64,000 nucleotides of DNA from Octopus bimaculoides (taxonomy: Eukaryota), in NCBI RefSeq assembly GCF_001194135.2, contig NC_068988.1, positions 59,129,895 through 59,193,894 of the forward strand, read 5' to 3'. Below the pieces are notes generated by a model, which saw nothing but the letters and a program-made list of their open reading frames with translations, made no database searches and had not been told where the DNA came from. Positions 1 through 64,000 of this stretch are shown piece after piece (the stretch's first letter is position 1; every line of letters starts with the position of its first letter). Position numbers and translations under genes: made by a program.

Positions 1-636
1 ACTACTATCACACTTCGAGCATTCCAGATCCTACGTACATTGATTCTACACTGAGTTAAACCAAGTTACATATAAGGAAATGCGAAAACATTTCATTGTG
101 AGATAACAGAAATGGCTTTTATAAACAGCTGTTCCTCCTAATTTGTAAAATGTATATATATAATGCATACACTCATATAATTTGCATGCATGTATAATTT
201 TCTGTGTGCGTGCGTGTGTGTGTGTGCGTACGTACTTGCATGTATAGATTTACTATTATACATTTTAAAATCATTTCCTTCCTTTAGTTGTTGGATCGCC
301 ATCAAGTTGGAATATCATCATTAATTGCCTAGTGATGCTTTTGTTCTAATGGGTTCCTGTTGAAATGGCATATCAGATCAAGATGGTTTGTGAAATAATT
401 ATTTTGTGACACACGCATAAACACATACACGAACATACTCACACACACAAACGCACACACATAGATGGACATAAGCGTATATAGCTACCTATCAATGTAT
501 CTATCTATAGGTTCGTACTTTATATGTAGACAATTTGATAGCCTATAGATTATGAATATTCTCTCTCTCTCTCTATCTATTTGTCTGTCTGTCAGTCTGC
601 CCCTCTGTCTCTCTCCGTCTCTCCTTTTCCCTCTGT

Positions 637-684
<48 letters not shown>

Positions 685-1288
685 ACACACACACACATAT
701 ATATATTTGCAGGATTCAATTGGGGCGAGTTATTTTAATAAGAACGATGTATCTTATTAAAACGTATACGGACTTGTCCTTTTAGTTAACCATACATCCA
801 AGATATTGTCCAGTATAATCAGGGTAAACGTAAAATCAAAGAAGGCTATACTCCGGCATTTAGCCCACGGTCCATTTCCGGCTCAAGATATAATGCAGTG
901 AAGGTTCCGTGTGTAGTGTACAATAAATAATTATAACTCAAACAGGTTGATTTTTACTGCAGTTGTATTCGACGAGTTTTATGGATGAACAAATCAATTA
1001 CATCATGTAAATAAGAAAACCGATTGCTTCAGGTGAATTAAGATTAGAATCCAAAATTACTCTCAACCGCAACCGAAAAGTCCTAAATCCTTAAAATCCT
1101 AAATATATCATATAGTTTTTGTGTGAAAAATCCTAAATTTCTGATATTCATTTTAGTTCACCTACAAAAAACGGTGCTTTTTTTTTTAATGATGTCAGTG
1201 ATTTGTAATCCACACAAACAAAGAAAAGCTTATGGAAATAATTGCAATGACCGTTAATCCGTTTGGTTTGCTGCTGTTGTTGTTGTTG

Positions 1289-1337
<49 letters not shown>

Positions 1338-1906
1338 NNNNNNNNNNNNNNNNNNNNNNNNNNNNNNNNNNNNNNNNNNNNNNNNNNNNNNNNNNNNNNN
1401 NNNNNNNNNNNNNNNNNNNNNNNNNNNNNNNNNNNNNNNNNNNNNNNNNNNNNNNNNNNNNNNNNNNNNNNNNNNNNNNNNNNNNNNNNNNNNNNNNNNN
1501 NNNNNNNNNNNNNNNNNNNNNNNNNNNNNNNNNNNNNNNNNNNNNNNNNNNNNNNNNNNNNNNNNNNNNNNNNNNNNNNNNNNNNNNNNNNNNNNNNNNN
1601 NNNNNNNNNNNNNNNNNNNNNNNNNNNNNNNNNNNNNNNNNNNNNNNNNNNNNNNNNNNNNNNNNNNNNNNNNNNNNNNNNNNNNNNNNNNNNNNNNNNN
1701 NNNNNNNNNNNNNNNNNNNNNNNNNNNNNNNNNNNNNNNNNNNNNNNNNNNNNNNNNNNNNNNNNNNNNNNNNNNNNNNNNNNNNNNNNNNNNNNNNNNN
1801 NNNNNNNNNNNNNNNNNNNNNNNNNNNNNNNNNNNNNNNNNNNNNNNNNNNNNNNNNNNNNNNNNNNNNNNNNNNNNNNNNNNNNNNNNNNNNNNNNNNN
1901 NNNNNN
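1338..1906. other. Assembly gap (N run); other large gaps at 5419-6127, 21945-22263 and 33049-33833, plus many small ones
   Basis: N runs, mostly flanked by (TA)n, (TTA)n or (AG)n. Confidence 0.99.
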
Positions 1907-1939
1907 ATATATATATATATGTATATATATATATAGATG

Positions 1940-1995
<56 letters not shown>

Positions 1996-2715
1996 CATAC
2001 ATACATACATACATAGATAGTCTTAATGTGCATACGACTGTGCTTAATTCAGACTCAGTTTCCGGAAGCTGTCTCCAAATTTGGGCATTTCAAACATAAG
2101 ATGATGATCTATGTCTGGTCGAACAAGTTCGTTCCGGAGGGTTGAATCATCAGGATCAAAATGTACTCCGAACAACTGTTTTATTTTTATATATAGTGGT
2201 TCCTAATTTCGTTTGAAAAAGTATATGTGAGAACAATCATGAATTTCTGTGTAAACTTCAAATTGATTTTATTAAATATGTTAAACATTTTATGGGTGGC
2301 ATACGCGTTCTTCATCCTCTTCACCAAATTCTCTTCCAGCGTTAGGGAAGTTTAAGTTGCAAACATATGCAAGTTAGTATACGGATTACATTGACCCCCT
2401 CCACTAACTGGAATCAGTTGCGAAGGCTCAGAAAACAGACATAAATTCGTATTTCATTTTTGAATTATGCATTTAGAGAAAAAGAAAGGGGAAAAAATGT
2501 TTACTAGAAATTGGTTTTCAGAAATTGATTTGAAGTACTGGAAGGTTGCCGGACCTAAAATGATAACCGATCATCTACATATAAAATAAATAAAATGCAT
2601 ATCGTTTGTTGTTTAAATAAATTTTCATTTGAATACAAGAGATTCGTCAGATAACTGGGGGAAAACCGAGTTCTGAAAGCGCGGATGACTGCACAAAGTG
2701 TATTAAAATATATTT

Positions 2716-2932
2716 TTCTTTAATTTTTTCTACTCTAGGCACAAGGCCAGAAATTTGGGGAAGGTGGTCAGTCGATTAGATCGAGCCCAGTACGCAACTG
2801 GTACTTAATCTATCGACCCCGAAATGATGAAAAGCAAAGTCGACCTCGGCGGAATTTGAATGGAAAGACAGACGAAATACGGCTAAGCATTTCGCACGAC
2901 GTGCTAATTAATGTTTCTCCCAGCCCGCCGCC
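2716..2932 (-). mobile_element. tRNA-headed SINE, tail type B (ends ...ccttgtgcctagagtagaaaa)
   Basis: Minus strand starts GGCGGCGGGCTGG. Central GGTCGACTTTGCTTTTCATCATTTCGGGGTCGAT core shared with other copies in the window; flanked by a direct repeat. Confidence 0.8.
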
Positions 2933-2956
2933 TCAGTGTATTAAAATATATTTATT

Positions 2957-3172
2957 TCTTTATTGCCCAGAGGGGGCTAAACACAGCGGGTACAATCAAG
3001 ATGATAAATCGCCTACATCGACTGAAGTGCGTAACTGGTACTTATTTAATCGACCCCGAAAGGATGAAAAGCAAAGTGATTCTCGGCGGAATTAGATCTC
3101 AGAACATAAAGACAGACGAAACACTGCTAAGCATTTCGCACGTAGTGCTAAGGATTCTGCCAGCTCGTCGCC
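2957..3172 (-). mobile_element. tRNA-headed SINE, tail type A (ends ...ccccctctgggcaataaag)
   Basis: Minus strand GGCGACGAGCTGGCAGAATCC head (A-box-like); same core as 2716-2932 but a different 3' tail. Confidence 0.8.
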
Positions 3173-3581
3173 CTTGTATTAAAATATATTGTCTTAGCGA
3201 TGTATCTCTAGAGAAAATCATATGCAAAAATATATTTATATTCTCTCTATCCCTCTCTCACACTCTCTTTCTCTCTTTCTCATTCACACAAACACACACA
3301 CACACACACACAAACATATATACTTGCATTTGTATGAATGACTATACATTAGTAACAAATGAAAAGCTGACTATTGCGTTTGTTAATGCATTGGTACATC
3401 ATATATGGCGCTTCCAAATTTGCAGTAAATTTCGATCTTGAGTAACATATAATTTTCCACGATATTGACTGCAGCCGTCAATGCAAGCGAAGCTCCAGAG
3501 ATAGGTGATGTATTTCAAAAACGAAAATAAATAATTAATTGAAATATCAACAATAACAACAACAAAACTATAACAGCAGCA

Positions 3582-3659
<78 letters not shown>

Positions 3660-3660
3660 C

Positions 3661-3691
<31 letters not shown>

Positions 3692-3969
3692 AGACAAGAC
3701 GAAGAGCGCGATGCGATTGCAATAGATACCTTATCGGTTGAACTATATTTTAAGTTGCAATTGTATAAAATTGAAACTTAAAAACTGATGATGTCATTCC
3801 ATCAACGTGTGGACGGTAGTTGCTCTCGTTCATACCTTAAATTTGAATCTCAATAATTTTGAATTTTTATCACTTTTTATTTGGAACTCGACAAAGATAG
3901 ACTCGCTGTCGAAATATCGTTCCGCTAAAATATATCTATTGCAATCGCTTCGCTCTCTTCGTGTTATCT
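3692..3969. mobile_element. MITE-like element with ~37-bp imperfect terminal inverted repeats
   Basis: 3699-3728 acgaagagcgcgatgcgattgcaatagata matches the reverse complement of 3933-3962 at 28/30 positions, and the match extends imperfectly outward. Confidence 0.55.
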
Positions 3970-4006
3970 GTTCATCTCTGTGAAGAGTTATGTCAATCCT
4001 TTTAAA

Positions 4007-4078
<72 letters not shown>

Positions 4079-4288
4079 TGATGATGATGATGAGGGTGAT
4101 GATGATAATAATAAAACTAACATGGCGACGTGATGAATGACACAAAAGGTAGGAAGAGGCGTTAAAACTACATAGCATTATATTTTAATGCAATATATTT
4201 CTTACAATGACACGTGACTTATTTATTTCAGTTTTACTAAGTATAACAGTTAACGGTAGCGAATTCTTTTCGTGAAAGATGTCCATAT

Positions 4289-4323
<35 letters not shown>

Positions 4324-4396
4324 CGTAATATTAATTTCAATGTATCTAACTCATTCTTACACATTACCACACATCAGTCAATAAATTAATCCATCA

Positions 4397-4473
<77 letters not shown>

Positions 4474-4478
4474 GCTAG

Positions 4479-4510
<32 letters not shown>

Positions 4511-4517
4511 TTATCTA
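4397..4517. repeat. (TCTA)n microsatellite
   Basis: Direct reading; similar tracts at ~1935-1995 (GATA) and ~47588-47675. Confidence 0.95.
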
Positions 4518-5378
4518 TGATATAATTAGGCGTGGCTGTGAGATAAGATTGTNNNNNNNNNNNNNNNNNNNNNNNNNNNNNNNNNNNNNNNNNNNNNNNN
4601 NNNNNNNNNATATGTATGTATGTGTGTGTGCGTGTGTGTGCGTGTGCGTCCGTGTGTTTTTATTCCTGTATGTGTCAACGTGCGTGCCGGTGTCTTTGTG
4701 TCTGTTTGCCACCTACAACCTCTTGACAATCAGTGTTGTCACGGTCACATTGAGCAAACACTACGCTTAAAAATAAAATAAAGAGCGGGGGTTGATTCAT
4801 TCGATTACAAGTTCTTCAAGGTGGTGCCCTAGTATTGCACCGATGTAATGACTAAAGGAATTAAAAGTTAAAGAAAAATATATATGTATATATTTCGATA
4901 TAAAAATGCGAGAAAGAACAATATACTGAGGTGGAGTTACAGGCGTGTAATGGCATCAATACACGCGGAAGTATTAATTCTATATATCATTATAATGATA
5001 TGACTTCTAGCAATTATCATGTAATATAATGTAATTGAATATGATCAAATGCAAAGCCAAAATTTTAGATCTCTTTGTGGGCAGGAAACCTTGAATCATT
5101 ATATCAGTCGCCGACACGATTTCGAGCGGTTTTTCTGTTTCTCGCCATATATATCTTTAAACTTATTAACACATCAAACTGTCTATCAACACATAAAACA
5201 TATAATGAAATTTCTATAACTTATTGTTGCAGGCATAATTTCTTTAATAAAAATCTGCAACTACACATTTATTCATATAATTTTTAGATAAAATGTTTGT
5301 GGTAAATACGCACGCAAGCAGACATGCGTGCGCGCACAGTCACGTACGCACACACGAATGTGTGTATGTATGTATCTA

Positions 5379-5418
<40 letters not shown>

Positions 5419-6888
5419 NNNNNNNNNNNNNNNNNNNNNNNNNNNNNNNNNNNNNNNNNNNNNNNNNNNNNNNNNNNNNNNNNNNNNNNNNNNNNNNNNN
5501 NNNNNNNNNNNNNNNNNNNNNNNNNNNNNNNNNNNNNNNNNNNNNNNNNNNNNNNNNNNNNNNNNNNNNNNNNNNNNNNNNNNNNNNNNNNNNNNNNNNN
5601 NNNNNNNNNNNNNNNNNNNNNNNNNNNNNNNNNNNNNNNNNNNNNNNNNNNNNNNNNNNNNNNNNNNNNNNNNNNNNNNNNNNNNNNNNNNNNNNNNNNN
5701 NNNNNNNNNNNNNNNNNNNNNNNNNNNNNNNNNNNNNNNNNNNNNNNNNNNNNNNNNNNNNNNNNNNNNNNNNNNNNNNNNNNNNNNNNNNNNNNNNNNN
5801 NNNNNNNNNNNNNNNNNNNNNNNNNNNNNNNNNNNNNNNNNNNNNNNNNNNNNNNNNNNNNNNNNNNNNNNNNNNNNNNNNNNNNNNNNNNNNNNNNNNN
5901 NNNNNNNNNNNNNNNNNNNNNNNNNNNNNNNNNNNNNNNNNNNNNNNNNNNNNNNNNNNNNNNNNNNNNNNNNNNNNNNNNNNNNNNNNNNNNNNNNNNN
6001 NNNNNNNNNNNNNNNNNNNNNNNNNNNNNNNNNNNNNNNNNNNNNNNNNNNNNNNNNNNNNNNNNNNNNNNNNNNNNNNNNNNNNNNNNNNNNNNNNNNN
6101 NNNNNNNNNNNNNNNNNNNNNNNNNNNACACAGGCTCACTCAAGTGTATATTATGACGCTAGCTTCGGTTAATTTTTTTTTAAGCGTGTAATTTTTTGAA
6201 TATTTATTCTATGCGTCAGTATGCTTGCACCTTTGAGTATGCTCATGGTTTTTGTGTGTGTGTGTGTGTGTGTGTATGTGTGTGTGTGTGGTGGGGATGA
6301 TATGTGACCTACTATTAAGTGTAGTATTTTAGTAGGTCTTGTTGAAATGTTTCCTTTCCTGAAAAGAAAATACGTAGAAAAAAAGAAAAGGATGCAAAAT
6401 ATTCTTTTAAATTTGTAACCTTTCTCTCTTAGCATTGACATATGTCACATCCACCTCGGTTTTTCATGGTATTAATCATATTTTCCGGGTTTTAAAATAT
6501 TGAGAGCAAGTGCTCTCAAACGTGAGTGTCAATCTTCATTCTAGATGTGGATTTTCAGTGCTTATGTAAGTTCATATACGTATTGGTACAAATGCATACA
6601 TATATCAGTTCTTGTACACGCACACAGGAAACACACAGACACACACATGCATATACACGCATGCACACACGCACACACTTATACATACATGCGTGTACAT
6701 ATATGTAGATAGATTGATGCATACATATATTTACACACATATCTGCATACATATAAGATTTAATATCTCTTTCATTAGGAGTGCCTTAAAAGTAAACATT
6801 ATATAGACGGTTGAGTAAAACAAAATATGTATTTATATACAATGCTTTCAAGGTCTTTCAATAATTCTTCGTTTTAGAAATAAGCAAT

Positions 6889-6953
6889 TTTATTCGAAAG
6901 TTTGATATGTTTTTAAATGCATGTGTAAATACTATTATTCATTTGTGTTTATT
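6889..6953 (-). promoter_or_regulatory. Candidate polyadenylation signals (AATAAA on minus strand at 6948-6953 and 6889-6894)
   Basis: Two TTTATT hexamers on + just downstream of the stop. Such hexamers are common in AT-rich DNA, so support is weak. Confidence 0.25.
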
Positions 6954-6969
6954 TTCTTCCTCCAGTCTG

Positions 6970-60642
<53,673 letters not shown>

Positions 60643-61789
60643 CTGGAAAATAAAAGAAAGAAAAATAGATTAATGCACTTTAAACGTTTCAAAGGTTGCT
60701 CAGTAGACATTTGTATCAATTTATTACAGAACTTCAAATATGTAAAGAATGTTGTCAAATTGCTGTCTAAATATTTTGGAATACTGATCCTGTTCTATTT
60801 TCATCAATAGCTTTCAAATATCCCTACCTCAGAACCACGAATTACCATATCACATCACAAGTCAATGTTTCGCCATAAAATACATTAACGCCTATGCAAA
60901 TTTGACTCGAAAAATCAGCTAGAGATGATGAACTATCGTTCGAAAAACCTTATGGAATGCCTTGCGACGTGATGTCATTGAAGCGTCTGGAGATGTTTGT
61001 CCAAGTATATAAAATCTGGCGAATTGAACATTAGGAGAGAGGACCACCGCGCGGTTAAGAAGGGACAATGATACTTTTCTTAATGCGTTCATTTCCTGCC
61101 GTATACTGATTTATCTTATTTAATGCTGTTTCGTGTTCAACAAAAGGTCAATAAACCTTATTGCAATGCAGAATCACGGGCAATATCATATATTATTTGG
61201 TCCTTTTCTTTCGTCTTCGTGAACTATGAGTTACTTTCATATTATCTGGTACATCATATGATACATGAAGCTTACATGCTCGTCACACGATAAATGTTCC
61301 ATGAAATATATATATATATATATATATATATTCTCTAAGAGAAAATGTTTCTCTGAAAATCAGAAAATATTCATGAAAGTTAAGCGTGTTTCGCTAGAAT
61401 GCATGATAATTGTTTTTCTGCAAAGAATAATCACGCATAGAATAATCACGCAGTGTATGCTAAGTTCTCTAAAATTAACAAGCATTAAAATAACTATGTG
61501 CCTGAACGTTAGATATTCAAATAAACATTACAGTAAAAATAGAGGATGCCTTTGGGACAAACACTACGATGAAAATAGATATAGTAAAAACTTTGAACTG
61601 TTCTCACGAGATCATTTTTGCAAGTTGGAAAGACTTTAGTTTACTTCTTTTGGAGCATAACTTGTCCATATAATCAAAAGTATATTACATTGGAAAATTG
61701 GTAATATATATAGATGTTTGTGTGTGTATGTGTGTATGTGTATTTCGTAAAAGTTGTAGAAATATGATATAATATATTTACGTCTTTAC

Positions 61790-63250
61790 ATCCACTTTTT
61801 TATTCGAGGATGCATCATAGTAAATGTCATGAAGACTACGACCAACCTCAATGACAATCTGTACATAGATCTTCTAGGGGATTTCAACCTCTCTTATGTT
61901 CAATGGCCTCAGAGTCGCCTTTTCTGATGTATGCCACTGCATGCATTAAGCATACAGAATTTCTGCTTGACCTCACAAACATGCTCTTTATGGAGTAAAT
62001 AGTGTTCCAGCAAACAAGGGCGAAAAATATCCAGGACTTCTGCTTCACAAACAACACGTCACCCATCTATAATGTTAAGATGACACCAACGATTTTCGTG
62101 GACCACAATTTAATTGAGCTATCAATGTACAGTCTGCAGAGGTCTACAGACAAGCAGGCTACTAGAAGTACCCAATTTCCCTCCAGCCTGAACTTTCACA
62201 AATCTGTTTGGAATGGTATCGAGAAAGAACTCATTGGACAAAACTGGTCTGCCAATCTTTCTACGCAAGATATTGAGGCAAAGTTACAACACTTTATGAC
62301 AATCATGTATGACATATGCAGTAAGCTCACTCCAGAGAAAATGCCAAGCCAGCAGAAAGATACAATATACAGGGTTAGGAGGATTATAATGAGACGACGA
62401 GCAAAAATTTCAAATCTCTTAAATGGGCCGGTAAAGAATAACAGACGATCCTATCACGAACAATCATTGCTCGAGATCGAAAATGAATTCAACACTCTAA
62501 TGAAAAACAGAGGGTAGAAAGAGAAGTCGCAAGAACGATATTCTGGAGCGGCAAACCCAGAATTACATACGGTGCGGCATCTTGGGATTGATATGAGCAA
62601 CAATGCCTCATTCCACATGCATATGACCAAGATGGTGACAGTGTACAGACGAATGACTGGATGGATTGTGAGAACCTTCAGAACAAAAGACGAGGAAGCT
62701 ATGGAGGACATTTTCTCAGCCGACTGGACGACACTTATCAATTGTGGTCACTTTACACTGTCGGATTAATAACGTAATTTGAGGCAGTTCAGCACTGCTA
62801 CACAAGGAAGATTGTATCAATGGGACAGCTGAGCTACTGGGAGAGACTGAAAGAGCTACGTCTCTTCTCCCTGGAGTGAGGATAGAAGTGGTATGCAGTG
62901 ATATGTCTGGAAGATACTAGAGGGGCTTGCACCAAACTTTAGAATTGAGAGTTACACCACACATTGAATTGGACGTCACTAAACTGTTCCAAAAGTCCCA
63001 GCTGTCCGATCTAATATGATGGCAAATGTACTGCAATAGCTTGGTATTCAAGGGCTCACAGCCATTCAACGCCTTGCCAAAATATCTGGAGGATCGCCAC
63101 AGAGAAGGGGTAGTTGTTTTTAAGTAACACCTTGAACCCTTGGTATTCAAGATCCCAGATGAACCAATATTAAAGCAGGAAACTCAAACGAGGGCTGCAG
63201 CGTCAAATTTCCTCCTTCCCCAAAAGCCAATCATATACATTTGGCCAATT
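61790..63250 (+). mobile_element. CR1-type LINE: endonuclease end joined to RT C-terminus and 3' end, RT core missing
   Basis: LLGDFNLSYVQWP, QQTRAKNIQDFCFTNN and FVDHNLIELS (APE domain), then RHLGIDMSNNASF..GWIVRTFRT and LSYWERLKELRLFSLE. Confidence 0.8.
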
Positions 63251-63814
63251 AAAAGATGATTACACTAACAGTGCCCCAGCAAGGCCGCAACCTTCAGGCT
63301 TAAACATACAAGAATAAGGGATATATATATATAACANNNNNNNNNNNNNNNNNNNNNNNNNNTGTGTGTGTGTGTGTGTGTGTGTAAGGATGCATAGCGC
63401 ACGAAGCTATAGAACCAAAGTCTAATATTGAAAAAGGGAATTCCGAAGAGAAAGGAATAAAAAAAGTCAGAGCAATAGCCATGCATCTCGTCCTTTTTTT
63501 CACATCGCCTAAGAAAATCAACAACGATTACACTTATTGTTACATAAGTTCTAACTAAAAGTAAGACAATGTGCTTTCTTTAGTATTACATATGATCTAA
63601 ATTTTAGTGGAATTATAAACTCTACTTCACATTTTGTAACCATCGTTACACATTACGGTGACATACACAGTGACATACACAGTGACATACACACGTAGAC
63701 ATGTGTCTCACACACACATGGTTTGCATATAATATGTAAATATTGTATATATATATGGTATACAATATTCATATGCAATACAAAATATATAAATGTATAT
63801 ATGTCTGTGGGTGC

Positions 63815-63847
<33 letters not shown>

Positions 63848-64000
63848 CGGAGATGCACTTGCATAGCAAGTGACCTGATCTGAGATCGTGTGCTGGAACG
63901 AAAACAATTGCAGCGTGGAAGGTGTTTATACGCCATTTAAAATAACACACAAAATCCGTTAGATTCACTTCAACATTAAAATTTAATTTGTATATATATA

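Noticed and set aside
1195-1290. Hydrophobic peptide GLTVIAIISISFSLFVWIT on the minus strand, resembling a TM segment
   Set aside because: Lies beyond the receptor stop codon, runs out of a microsatellite and gap, and has no splice sites or family motif.
2085-2160. Minus-strand CTGATGA followed by small hairpins (hammerhead candidate)
   Set aside because: No GAAA box in the right position and no UH cleavage triplet.

Overview
AT-rich, microsatellite-saturated eukaryotic scaffold with many N gaps. The repeat families and the simple-repeat load suggest an Octopus genome; this is inference. The only host gene I can support is an orexin/allatotropin-type rhodopsin-like GPCR on the minus strand. 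Four coding exons are present (60258-60642, 24255-24396, 17184-17296, 6970-7133), all with canonical AG/GT sites. They join in frame from mid-TM3 to the stop codon (804 nt), and the 5' exons lie beyond 64000. Introns and the 3' flank are filled with decayed mobile DNA: tRNA-headed SINEs, R4/Dong, Tx1/L1-like, CR1 and Penelope-like retroelements, Tc1/mariner fragments and MITEs. Nearly all ORFs in the supplied track are microsatellite or gap artefacts. Most notable observations: (i) a head-to-head pair of a tRNA-head + trinucleotide-microsatellite + tail element, one copy ending in a minimal (dimer-type) hammerhead-ribozyme-like motif of the kind known from Penelope-like elements, plus other decayed hammerhead-like motifs at Penelope ends; (ii) two independent loci where two SINE subfamilies sit in tandem with the target sequence present three times; (iii) long foldback and interlocked inverted repeats inside the receptor's 35.9-kb intron; (iv) unusual pocket residues in the receptor (Asn at 6.48, Arg-Leu instead of His-Trp at 7.39-7.40).
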